This document shows positions 51,907 through 60,001 of a DNA stretch of 64,000 bases, one piece after another. Location of the stretch: NCBI GenBank assembly GCA_963731255.1, contig CAVSUO010000003.1, positions 139,100 to 203,099 on the forward strand, written 5' to 3'. A model generated the notes under the pieces. The model did no database searches. It was not told the origin of the DNA and saw only the letters and a program-made list of their open reading frames with translations. The position numbers and the translations under genes are program-made. The stretch comes from an uncultured Actinomycetes bacterium (lineage in GTDB: Bacteria > Actinomycetota > Acidimicrobiia > Acidimicrobiales > AC-9). Within the stretch, counting starts at the first letter, position 1. Every line of letters begins with the position of its first letter.

Positions 51907-52766
51907 ATGGGATTTAGGAACACCCTCAAGACGTACGTGCTGCTGGCCGCCCTGGGCGGCCTGCTCGTCGTCATCGGCTTTGCGATCGGCGGCAGCGGTG
52001 GCGCCGCCATCGGGCTCGTCATCGGGCTCGTCATCACGGGGGCGTCGTACTGGTTCTCCGACACGATCGCCATCAAGGCGGCCCGGGCTGTGCCGGTCAG
52101 CGAGGCCGAGATGCCGGAGTACTACAGCATCGTCCGCGAGCTGACCCAGCGCATGGACATGCCCATGCCCAAGCTCTACGTGACGCCCGAGATGCAGCCC
52201 AATGCGTTCGCGACCGGCCGGAGCCCCAACCACTCGGCGGTGGCAGTGACGAAGGGCATCCTCGCGATCCTCGACTGGGAAGAGCTGCGCGGGGTGCTCG
52301 CCCATGAGCTCAGCCACGTGGGCAACCGCGACATCCTCATCGGCTCGGTGGCGGCCGCCGTCGCCATGGGCATCACGTTCGTCGTCCCGGATCGCCCTGT
52401 GGACCAGCATCTTCACCGGTGGTGACGACGAGGGTGGCGACAACATCTTCGTGCTGCTGGCCCTCGTGATCCTCGCGCCGCTGGCCGCAGTCCTGCTGCA
52501 GCTGGCGCTGACCCGCAGCCGTGAGTACGGGGCCGACCGCTCCGGCGCCCGCCTGCTCGGCGACGGCGAGCCGCTGGCCCGGGCGCTGGCCAAGATCGAG
52601 GCCGGCGTCAAGGCCGTGCCGATGAACGTGCGCACCCGCCGAGGCCTCGATGTTCATCGTCAACCCCCTCAGCGGACGCCGGGTCAACTTCGCCAACCTC
52701 TTCATGACCCACCCGCCGACCGAGCAGCGCATCGCCCGGCTGCGGTCCGGCGAGTGGCGGTACTGA
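51907..52766 (+). CDS. htpX: M48 zinc metalloprotease HtpX, two frame breaks (~52385, ~52635)
   Basis: [52 protein letters not shown], then [11 protein letters not shown] and the tail [27 protein letters not shown] in further frames. Confidence 0.85.
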
Positions 52767-52783
52767 GCCGGCTCGGGCGCCGC

Positions 52784-53271
52784 TCAGTCCCTGAAGTTGC
52801 CGAACTGGAGGGGAATGCCGAAGTCCTCTGCCTTCACGGCGCGATCACGGCCTGAAGGTCGTCCCGCTTCTTGCCCGAGACCCGGAGCTGGTCGCCCTGG
52901 GTCTGGGACGAGACGCCCTTGAGCTTGAGGTCCTTCACGAACCGGTTGAGCCGCCGGGCGTGATCGGCGGAGATGCCGGCGTTGATGGCGATCGACTGGC
53001 GGACCGTCCCCTTGGCGGCCTCCTCGACCTTGCCGGACTCCAGCGCCTTGAGCGAGACCTGCCGGCGCACCAGCTTCTCCTCCAGCACCTGATGGAGGGC
53101 CCGGAGACGGTCCTCGGTGGACGAGCGCAGTCGGAGCTCACGGTCGGCCAGCTCGACGCTCGAGTCGGTGTTCTTGAAGTCGAAGCGGGTCGAGGCCTCC
53201 CGGTTCGTCTGGTCGACGGCGTTGCGGACTTCCTGGAAGTCGACCTCGGACACGATGTCGAACGTGGGCAT
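52784..53271 (-). CDS. yajQ: YajQ-family (UPF0234) nucleotide/c-di-GMP-binding protein, frame-broken near 52838
   Basis: MPTFDIVSEVDFQEVRNAVDQTNREASTRFDFKNTDS. The C-terminus VKAEDFGIPLQFGNFRD-stop is recovered in another frame (tca at 52784-52786). Confidence 0.85.
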
Positions 53272-53355
53272 GGTCCCAGACGCTATATCCAGGCCTGCGG
53301 TACCCGTGCCACGGGCGACTGGACAGCTGGGGCGCTGCAGTATCGTTCGCAGCGC

Positions 53356-53438
53356 GGGTCGGTGCCCGAGCGGCCAAAGGGAGCAGACTGTAAATCTGCC
53401 GGTTCACGCCTTCGGAGGTTCAAATCCTCCCCGGCCCA
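53356..53438 (+). tRNA. tRNA-Tyr (anticodon GTA), long variable arm
   Basis: GGGTCGGTGCCCGAGCGGCCAAAGGGAGCAGACTGTAAATCTGCC...GGAGGTTCAAATCCTCCCCGGCCCA. Near-identical core to E. coli tRNA-Tyr. Acceptor GGGTCGG/CCGGCCC with one G-U pair. CCA not encoded. Confidence 0.9.
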
Positions 53439-53463
53439 CAAAGGCGGTCTAAGGTCCGGCGCC

Positions 53464-53847
53464 GTGCGAAGGACCGTGAACGTCCCCGGCCTATGGCGTC
53501 TACCCGCCTTCCCGCACGCGGCCGTCGCTGGAGACCACGTCTACGTATCGGGCGCCCTCGGAACCGTGGGGGAGTCCGGCGAGCTGGCAGCGGGCGGCAC
53601 CGGTCCCGAGACGCTCCAGGCCCTGCGCAACATCGAGCGGATCCTCGCCGCGTGCGACGCCACGCTCGACGACGTGGTGAAGGTGAGCGTGTTTCTCGCC
53701 GACATGGCGACCGGGCCGGAGATGAGCGAGGCCTATCTCTCGGTCTTCACCGGGGACCTCCCTGCTCGCATCACCGTCGGCGGCATCGCACTGGCGCTCG
53801 GCGCGGCAGTCGAGATCGATTGCATCGCCCACCGGACCACCGCCTGA
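53464..53847 (+). CDS. RidA/YjgF-family reactive-intermediate deaminase
   Basis: AVAGDHVYVSGALG...ETLQALRNIERILAACDATLDDVVKVSVFLADM...PARITVGGIALALGAAVEIDCIA. The start (GTG 53464) is uncertain. Confidence 0.75.
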   Translation: MRRTVNVPGLWRLPAFPHAAVAGDHVYVSGALGTVGESGELAAGGTGPETLQALRNIERILAACDATLDDVVKVSVFLADMATGPEMSEAYLSVFTGDLPARITVGGIALALGAAVEIDCIAHRTTA

Positions 53848-53984
53848 GCGGTCTACCTCGCCGTAGATCGTTGTGACTAGTCGGGTGCTTGGGATGTTCC
53901 CTCGTTCGGGTGAAATCCCAGAAACCCCAAGAACACTCGGGAGCAACGCCAGGAAAAACGGACAAGCCGCCGAAAAGCTCGGAC

Positions 53985-54809
53985 ATGGTATCCCTGCGCC
54001 GTGCCGCCATCCTGTCCCTGTTGCCTCTCATGACAGCACTCGTCGCAGCATCGCCAGCTGGACCCGCCACAGCAGCCGGTGCCTCCACCCCGGCCAAGTC
54101 CCACCGGCTCATCATTCCGTTCGGAGCCAACAAGTCGAACAACTGGTCCGGGTACAACCAGGGGACGGTCGAGCAGGGAAGCAAGCTGTTCAACCAGATC
54201 GCAGGTGACTGGAACGTTCCCACCGCGACCCAGCACACCGCCGGCCAGGCCGAGAACTCCGCGAGCTGGATCGGCATCGGGGGCGGCTGCGTCGACGCCG
54301 GGTGCACGGCGACCGACGCCACCCTGATCCAGACCGGCACCGAGCAGGATGTCGCCGCCAACGGCACCGCCAGCTACTCGGCGTGGTGGGAGATCATCCC
54401 GGCGCCGAGCCTGACCATCAGCACCCTCGCCGTCCATCCCGGTGACCACATGCACGCCAGCATCGCCGAGCTCGTGCCGTTCTCGGAGGTGTGGACGATC
54501 ACCCTGCAGGACGTGAGCACTGGGCAGTCCTTCAGCCAGACCGTGCCCTACCCCTCCAGCCACCTGACGGCCGAATGGATCACCGAGACGCCGACCCTGA
54601 TCAGCACCAGTGGCACCGGCCTGGCGGCCATGCCCAACCTCTCGGGCGCGACCTTCTCGTCGGCCAAGACGAACTCGGCCAACGCCGGCCTGAAGGCATC
54701 GGAGGAGATCCAGCTCGTGAGCTCGAGCGGCCAGGTGCTGGCGACGCCGTCGGCGCCCAACGGCACCGCCGACGGTTTCAGCGTCTGCACCTACTCCGCC
54801 AGCTGCTAG
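53985..54809 (+). CDS. Secreted peptidase-G1 (eqolisin / scytalidoglutamic peptidase-like) family protein
   Basis: Signal peptide MVSLRRAAILSLLPLMTALVAASPAGPATAAG. Collinear G1 motifs: SNNWSGY, SASWIGIGG, TLIQTGTE (catalytic Gln position), YSAWWEIIP, TAEWITETP (catalytic Glu position). Recalled from SGP (ILQTG / AEWIVED). Confidence 0.65.
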   Translation: MVSLRRAAILSLLPLMTALVAASPAGPATAAGASTPAKSHRLIIPFGANKSNNWSGYNQGTVEQGSKLFNQIAGDWNVPTATQHTAGQAENSASWIGIGGGCVDAGCTATDATLIQTGTEQDVAANGTASYSAWWEIIPAPSLTISTLAVHPGDHMHASIAELVPFSEVWTITLQDVSTGQSFSQTVPYPSSHLTAEWITETPTLISTSGTGLAAMPNLSGATFSSAKTNSANAGLKASEEIQLVSSSGQVLATPSAPNGTADGFSVCTYSASC

Positions 54810-54885
54810 AGGATCGGCGCCGAGGCCGGCCGCAGCAGGCCGGCCCAGAGAACCAGGCGCCGCTCCGTCCGTTCCGTCCATGTTC

Positions 54886-54920
54886 GTCGGCCCGGCCGTT
54901 GGCCGGGCCGACGCCATTTT
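54886..54920 (+). terminator. Rho-independent terminator downstream of the G1 peptidase gene
   Basis: Perfect 12-bp stem gtcggcccggcc / ggccgggccgac with loop gtt, followed by gccATTTTcc. An additional 8-bp GC hairpin (ggccggcc-gcagca-ggccggcc) lies at 54824-54845. Confidence 0.65.
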
Positions 54921-55048
54921 CCGGCACGTGCCGCATTCGCCACGTCAGTCTGGGGTAACGTAACCTAACCGTAATGCGGGCGTCGGTCTCTCGGCCGATG
55001 CCAGCGAGGGCCGGAGTGGGCCTGGCTTGAGCTGACAGGGCGAGGGCA

Positions 55049-56635
55049 ATGCGACTGCTGTGGGCTGATCCTGGGCGCCGGTCACGACCGGACGACACGG
55101 ACGTGCGAGGCGCCGTCGATCCCGACGGGGGGTCCACCTCGCTCGCACGTCCGGCGATCCTCGGGTTCCTCGCCACCACGGCGATCACCATCGGCGCGTC
55201 GCAGCCGGCATCACCCTTCAGCCTCAAGCAGCCTGACGCCTGGTACTTCGGCATCCCGGATCCGGGAGCGCACGCCGAAGGGCTCCTCCTCAGCCTGGTG
55301 CTCGTGTTCTCGGGGATGCTGGTGCTGTCGAGGGTCTGGTACGACCTCGCCCGGGCGCTCCACCGCCACAACGGCGTGCCCGTGCGAAAGCTCGCCGTCA
55401 TCTTCGCCGTCTGGGTGGTGCCCCTGCTCGTGGCGCCCCCGCTGTTCAGCCGGGACGTGTACAGCTACGCGGCCCAGGGGGAGATGGTCACCCACGGGAT
55501 CACCCCCTACCAGTACGGCCCCAGCACGCTGGGCGCGGGCCCGTTCGTCACCAACGTGGACCCGCTGTGGGGCAACGCCCCCGCGCCCTACGGCCCGGTC
55601 TTCCTGCGGGTCGACGGCCTGCTCGTCTCCATCACCGGCCACAACCCGCTGGCGACCGTCGTGGGCTTGCGCCTCCTGGCCCTGCTGGGGGTGGTCCTGC
55701 TGGCGGTGTTCGTCCCCAAGCTCGCCGAGGCCTGCGGTCGTGATCCCGCCAGCGCCTTCACGCTGGCGGTGCTCAACCCCATCACGCTCCTCCACCTCAT
55801 CGGGGGCGCCCACAACGACGCCCTCATGCTCGGTCTGCTCGTCGCCGGCGTGGCCCTGGCCAAACGGGGAAGACCCGTGCTGGGCATCGTCATCTGCACC
55901 CTGGCCGCCGCCATCAAGGTCCCCGCCGCGGTCGGCATCCTCTACATCGGATGGGACTGGCTCGGGACCGACGTGCCCTGGCGAGAACGCGTCCGGCCGG
56001 TGCTGACCGCCGGCCTCATCGCCGGGGGGGTGATGGCCGTGCTGGCCAACGTGACCGGCATGGGGTGGGGCTGGGTCACCGCGCTCGGCACCCCTGACGC
56101 CGTCCGTTCCATGATCGCCCCGACCACCTTCATCGGGACGTGGGGCGGTCACCTCTTCCATTGGTTGGGTGTCGGGCCGAGCCCGCACGGCATCCTCTCC
56201 ATGGCGCGCGGCCTCGGTTTGGTCGCCGCGGGTGTGACCGGGGCCATGTTGTTCGTCAGGAGCCGGCGGATCGGCACCGTGCAGGCCCTCGCCCTCACCT
56301 TGCTCGCCATCGTCCTCCTCGGGCCCGTGGTGCAGCCGTGGTACGTGGCATGGGGGCTGATCGTCCTCGCTCCGGTGGCCGCCGGCCGGACGTGGAGCAT
56401 GCTCGTGGGGCTGTCGATCGGGGTGTCCTTCCTGGAGCTCCCGGGGGCTCGCCTCCTCCTGGACGAGCTCAGCCGCAACAACGTCGCCTACGTCCTGCTG
56501 TCGATCGCCGCCCTGCTGGTGACCTTGGCCGTCACCACGCCGTTCGGAGCCGCGGTCCGCAGGGCCAGGCGCCTCGTGGTCGAACGCGCCTTTCCCCCGG
56601 CCACCGCGCCGGAACCGTCTCAGAGCATTCGCTGA
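55049..56635 (+). CDS. GT-C polyprenyl-phosphate-mannose-dependent mannosyltransferase, MptB/GT87-like
   Basis: 528 aa, uninterrupted, at least 10 TM spans. First-loop motif PLFSRDVYSYAAQGEMVTHGITPYQYGP...NAPAPYGPVF is recalled from actinobacterial MptB-type enzymes (not searched). Confidence 0.55.
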   Translation: MRLLWADPGRRSRPDDTDVRGAVDPDGGSTSLARPAILGFLATTAITIGASQPASPFSLKQPDAWYFGIPDPGAHAEGLLLSLVLVFSGMLVLSRVWYDLARALHRHNGVPVRKLAVIFAVWVVPLLVAPPLFSRDVYSYAAQGEMVTHGITPYQYGPSTLGAGPFVTNVDPLWGNAPAPYGPVFLRVDGLLVSITGHNPLATVVGLRLLALLGVVLLAVFVPKLAEACGRDPASAFTLAVLNPITLLHLIGGAHNDALMLGLLVAGVALAKRGRPVLGIVICTLAAAIKVPAAVGILYIGWDWLGTDVPWRERVRPVLTAGLIAGGVMAVLANVTGMGWGWVTALGTPDAVRSMIAPTTFIGTWGGHLFHWLGVGPSPHGILSMARGLGLVAAGVTGAMLFVRSRRIGTVQALALTLLAIVLLGPVVQPWYVAWGLIVLAPVAAGRTWSMLVGLSIGVSFLELPGARLLLDELSRNNVAYVLLSIAALLVTLAVTTPFGAAVRRARRLVVERAFPPATAPEPSQSIR

Positions 56636-57102
56636 AGCACGGCGACGTCGAGCCACCGGCCCAGCTTGCGCCCCACCTCCCGCTCCACTCCGACCAGCTC
56701 GAAGCCGCACGAGCGGTGGAGGGCGATGGAGGCCTCGTTGTCCCCGACGACGCGTCCGACCACGGTGTGGAACCCGTGCGCGGTGGCCAGGCGGGTGAGC
56801 TCGGCCAGCAGGGCGCGGCCCACCCCCTTGGCCCGATGGTCGCTGTCCACGTACACCGAATCTTCCACCGTTGTCGCGTACGCCGGTCGGCCCCGGTAGC
56901 GGGAGAGGGACCCGAAGCCGAGGAGGGAGCTCCCCGACGTGGCCACGACGGCGGGATAGGCCCCCGAGTGCTCTGCCACCCAGCTCCGCTGCTCCTCGCC
57001 GCTGCGGGGGACCAGGTCGAAGGTCGCCGTCGAGAGCACTTCGCGGTTGTAGATGAGGCGGATGGCCTCGGCATCGGCCAGCGTGGCCAACCGGATCAAC
57101 AC
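56620..57102 (-). CDS. GNAT N-acetyltransferase, phosphinothricin/methionine-sulfoximine acetyltransferase (PAT/MnaT)-like
   Basis: IRLATLADAEAIRLIYN, STATFDLVP, EEQRSWV, VYVDSDHRAKGVGRALL, ASIALHRSCGFELVG. Confidence 0.75.
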   Translation of the reverse strand: MLIRLATLADAEAIRLIYNREVLSTATFDLVPRSGEEQRSWVAEHSGAYPAVVATSGSSLLGFGSLSRYRGRPAYATTVEDSVYVDSDHRAKGVGRALLAELTRLATAHGFHTVVGRVVGDNEASIALHRSCGFELVGVEREVGRKLGRWLDVAVLQRML

Positions 57103-57211
57103 CGCCTGACGTTAGCGGCGGGCCTGGACACTGACGCGCCTGCGGGGCGGCCGAGGTCCGCCGCCTGGCGCCGGGACTATCATCGGGTCCGCGGCCGGCC
57201 AGGGCCGCTCG

Positions 57212-57284
57212 GCCCCCTTAGCTCAGTCGGCAGAGCACAGCCATGGTAAGGCTGGTGTCGTCGGTTCGATTCCGACAGGGGGCT
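57212..57284 (+). tRNA. tRNA-Thr (anticodon GGT)
   Basis: GCCCCCTTAGCTCAGTCGGCAGAGCACAGCCATGGTAAGGCTGGTGTCGTCGGTTCGATTCCGACAGGGGGCT. Acceptor GCCCCCT/AGGGGGC, anticodon loop AT-GGT-AA. Confidence 0.9.
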
Positions 57285-57290
57285 CACCCT

Positions 57291-57364
57291 GGCGGCGTAG
57301 CTCAGTTGGTTAGAGCACACGGCTCATAATCGTGGGGTCGTCGGTTCGAGTCCGACCGCCGCTA
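57291..57364 (+). tRNA. tRNA-Met (anticodon CAT), elongator type
   Basis: GGCGGCGTAGCTCAGTTGGTTAGAGCACACGGCTCATAATCGTGGGGTCGTCGGTTCGAGTCCGACCGCCGCTA. Confidence 0.88.
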
Positions 57365-57368
57365 CGAA

Positions 57369-57446
57369 CAGGCCGGTCCGGGAGACCGGCCCAGGAGAAC
57401 GGACAGGCCGGTCCGGGAGACCGGCCCAGGAGGACGGAGACAGGCC
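57369..57446. repeat. 35-bp tandem direct repeat (2.2 copies), each unit containing an 8-bp GC hairpin
   Basis: caggccggtccgggagaccggcccaggag[a/g]acgga occurs at 57369-57403 and 57404-57438, then the partial unit caggcc. Each unit holds ggccggtc-cggga-gaccggcc. The second copy supplies aggagg just upstream of the rpmG ATG. Confidence 0.85.
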
Positions 57447-57611
57447 ATGCCGAGAGCGGAGAAGCGGGTGAAGGTGACGCTGGCCTGTGACGTCTGCAAG
57501 CGCCGCAACTACATCACGATGAAGAACAGCCAGAACGACCGCGAGCGCATCGAGATGAAGAAATACTGCAGGTGGGACCGCCAGCACACGCTCCACCGAG
57601 AGACCCGCTGA
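57447..57611 (+). CDS. rpmG: 50S ribosomal protein L33
   Basis: 54-aa ORF below the ORF-track cutoff: [54 protein letters not shown] (Cys-x2-Cys ... Cys type). RBS aggagg. Confidence 0.9.
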   Translation: MPRAEKRVKVTLACDVCKRRNYITMKNSQNDRERIEMKKYCRWDRQHTLHRETR

Positions 57612-57690
57612 TGCCGCGCCCCCTGACCGCCGGGCCGCTCGACCGGGGCGAGCCGGTAACGGCGGTGGCGCTCAGGGGGTCAGAGATCTG

Positions 57691-58272
57691 ATGGGCGACG
57701 CCGCCGAGCTCGTGGCGATGGCCAAGTCGGGCGAGCGATCGGCGTTCGACGAGCTGGTACGGGAGACCTACGCCGATACCTACGCCTTGGCCTTCCGGCT
57801 GACGGGCAACGAGGACGACGCCTGTGACGTGCTCCAGGACGCCTATCTGCGGGCGTACCGGTCACTGAAGCGATTTCGGGGCGACGCTGCCTTTTCGACC
57901 TGGATGTACCGGATCACCGCCAACTGCGCCACGACCCATATGGTGCGTCGGGGCCGGGCCCGCCACGAGGAGCTCGACCGGGACGCGCCCGTCGCCGACG
58001 GTCGGATCGACGGCGACCCCGAGGCCATGGCGGGTGTGACGCTGGAGCTCGGTCGGGTCGCCATCGCTCTCCAGGATCTGCCGCCCCGCTTGCGGGCCGT
58101 GGTCGTGCTGCGTGACATCTACGACCTGCCCCACGAGGCGATCGCCACCGAGCTCGGTATCAGCGAGGCGGCCGCCAAGGTGCGTCTGCACCGGGCCCGC
58201 AAGAAGCTGCGCGAGCGGCTCTTCCCCACCCGGGGAGAGCGACAGGCAGAGGAGCGGGCCCGTGCGGTGTGA
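57691..58272 (+). CDS. ECF (group 4) RNA polymerase sigma factor
   Basis: Region 2: FDELVRETYADTYALAFRLTGNEDDACDVLQDAYLRAYRSLKRFRG...FSTWMYRITANC. Region 4: LPPRLRAVVVLRDIYDLPHEAIATELGISEAAAKVRLHRARKKLR. Confidence 0.88.
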   Translation: MGDAAELVAMAKSGERSAFDELVRETYADTYALAFRLTGNEDDACDVLQDAYLRAYRSLKRFRGDAAFSTWMYRITANCATTHMVRRGRARHEELDRDAPVADGRIDGDPEAMAGVTLELGRVAIALQDLPPRLRAVVVLRDIYDLPHEAIATELGISEAAAKVRLHRARKKLRERLFPTRGERQAEERARAV

Positions 58273-58711
58273 GGAGGTCGTCGACGCCCTGCCCCAGATC
58301 ATGGACGGCATGGAGACTGCCGATCGCAAGGTCGTCCGTCATATCGAGACCTGCCTGCGCTGCCAGGCCGAGCTCGTCCAGTACCGCAAGCTGTTCCGGG
58401 TCCTCCATCAGATGCGGGCCCAGGGGGCAAAGCCACCGCCGGGGACCGTGGGTCGCATCCTCACCGGGCTCGAGGAGGCCGCCGAGCGTGGCGCCATCCG
58501 CTCCGCCCTCGCCGGGCGACGCATGGCCTACGCGGCCGGCCTGACGGCGGCGGCGGGGGCCGCGGCCACCGCCGGGGTGGTCGTCGTCGTGGCCACCCGG
58601 AGCCGCGGTGGCAAGGTCGGCCAGGTCGGATGGCCCCTCGGGGGGCGGAGACCGCAGGCCGTCGGAAGTTTGGCCGGTGCTATCCTCACTCGGAGCCCCC
58701 AAGGGCAGTAG
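58262..58711 (+). CDS. Membrane-anchored zinc-binding (ZAS, zf-HC2) anti-sigma factor
   Basis: The GTG at 58262 overlaps the sigma gene end. VRCEEV...RHIETCLRCQAEL carries the HxxxCxxC motif. One TM segment (AYAAGLTAAAGAAATAGVVVVVA). The last 10 nt overlap tRNA-Trp, so the 3' end is suspect. Confidence 0.75.
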   Translation: MRCEEVVDALPQIMDGMETADRKVVRHIETCLRCQAELVQYRKLFRVLHQMRAQGAKPPPGTVGRILTGLEEAAERGAIRSALAGRRMAYAAGLTAAAGAAATAGVVVVVATRSRGGKVGQVGWPLGGRRPQAVGSLAGAILTRSPQGQ

Positions 58712-58774
58712 CTCAATAGGCAGAGCACCGGTCTCCAAAACCGGCGGTTGGGGGTTCGAGTCCCTCCTGCCCTG
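58702..58774 (+). tRNA. tRNA-Trp (anticodon CCA)
   Basis: AGGGCAGTAGCTCAATAGGCAGAGCACCGGTCTCCAAAACCGGCGGTTGGGGGTTCGAGTCCCTCCTGCCCTG. Conserved position upstream of secE. Confidence 0.88.
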
Positions 58775-58804
58775 CTCGCCCGGTGACCGGAGCCGAGGAT
58801 CGCC

Positions 58805-59110
58805 GTGAACCGTCAGACCAAACGCATGATGCAGCGCCAGGGCCAGACCCAGGGCCAGGTCGCGGCCGACCCAGCCGTACCCGTCAGCGAACCGACACCG
58901 AGCCGCCAGCGGGATGCCCCGCGACGGACGACCCCGGCCGAGTTTCTCCGCGAGGTGCGCAACGAGCTGCGCCGGGTCGCCTGGCCGTCCCGGCCCGAGG
59001 TCATCAACTATTCCACCGTCGTGCTCGTCACCCTCGTGGTCCTCGTGTCCCTGATCTTCCTGCTCAACTACCTCTTCTCCAAGGCCGTCCTCTTCCTGTT
59101 CAACGTGTGA
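58805..59110 (+). CDS. secE: Preprotein translocase subunit SecE
   Basis: EFLREVRNELRRVAWPSRPEVINYSTVVLVTLVVLVSLIFLLNY. Basic/hydrophilic N-terminal extension. Confidence 0.88.
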   Translation: MNRQTKRMMQRQGQTQGQVAADPAVPVSEPTPSRQRDAPRRTTPAEFLREVRNELRRVAWPSRPEVINYSTVVLVTLVVLVSLIFLLNYLFSKAVLFLFNV

Positions 59111-59120
59111 GCCTCCGATC

Positions 59121-59977
59121 ATGAGCGACGATCCACTGTTCCCAACCAGCAGACCGACCGAGCCCGCCAGCGAGGGTCAGGAGGCGACGGCCGACACCGA
59201 GCCGGCCGCCGAGCCTGAGCTGGCCGGCCTCGAGGACGCCACGTCCCCGGAGTCCTCGGTACCCGAGCCGTCGGTCGAGGAGCCCGCCTTCGAGGAGCCG
59301 TCGGTCGACGAGTCGGCGGCGGCCCTGCTCACGGACGCGCTCGAGGTCGGACCGGGCGACGCGGCCGCCGAGACGAGGGCGCCGAGGACGAGCTCCCCGA
59401 GGAGGAGGTCGAGCCGGTCGTCGAGAGCCCCTACGACCGGCCCGGCCAGTGGTACGTCGTCCACACCTACGCGGGCTACGAGAACAAGGTGAAGTCCAAC
59501 CTCGAGAGCCGCATCTCGTCGATGAACATGGAGGATCGGATCTACGAGGTCGTGATCCCCATGGAGGACGTCGTCGAGTTCAAGGGCGGCCGCAAGGTCG
59601 TCGTGCAGAAGAAGGTCTTCCCCGGCTACCTGCTCGTCCGCTGCGAGCTCGACGACGACTCCTGGTCGGTCGTGCGCAACACGCCCGGGGTGACCGGGTT
59701 CGTGGGCCCAGGCACGAAGCCGACGCCGCTGTCGCGGCGCGAGGTGGAGAGCATCCTGCAGGTCAAGCCCGAGGGCGCCGAGGGTGTCAAGAAGACCCGG
59801 CCCCGCCTGGAGTACGAGGTGGGCGAGACGGTGCGGGTCAGGGAAGGTCCGTTCGCCGACTTCTCGGGCCAGATCGCCGAGATCAACGAAGACCAGCTCA
59901 AGCTCAAGGTGCTCGTCAACATCTTCGGACGGGAGACGCCGGTCGAGCTCGAGTTCAGCCAGGTCGCCAAGCTCTAG
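59121..59977 (+). CDS. nusG: Transcription termination/antitermination factor NusG with acidic N-terminal extension, frame-broken near 59390
   Basis: The N-terminal ~90 aa are E/P/A-rich. [36 protein letters not shown] and the KOW motif [18 protein letters not shown] are in the 59489 frame. Confidence 0.88.
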
Positions 59978-60001
59978 TCGGCGCGAGGAAGAGAGACCCC
60001 A

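Noticed and set aside
53850-53984. Promoter call for the G1 peptidase gene (ttgtga ... gggatgtt).
   Set aside because: The region is AT-richer and plausibly holds a promoter, but the spacing and the -10 hexamer are not convincing enough to annotate.
53356-57364. Calling the tRNA-bounded segment a genomic island or mobile element.
   Set aside because: I saw no integrase, transposase, phage or plasmid genes and no direct repeat of a tRNA 3' end by eye. The coding GC looks like the rest of the window. It is kept only as a hypothesis in the findings.
57369-57446. Possible CRISPR array or minisatellite.
   Set aside because: There are only 2.2 directly abutting copies of a 35-bp unit, no spacers, and no cas genes in the window.
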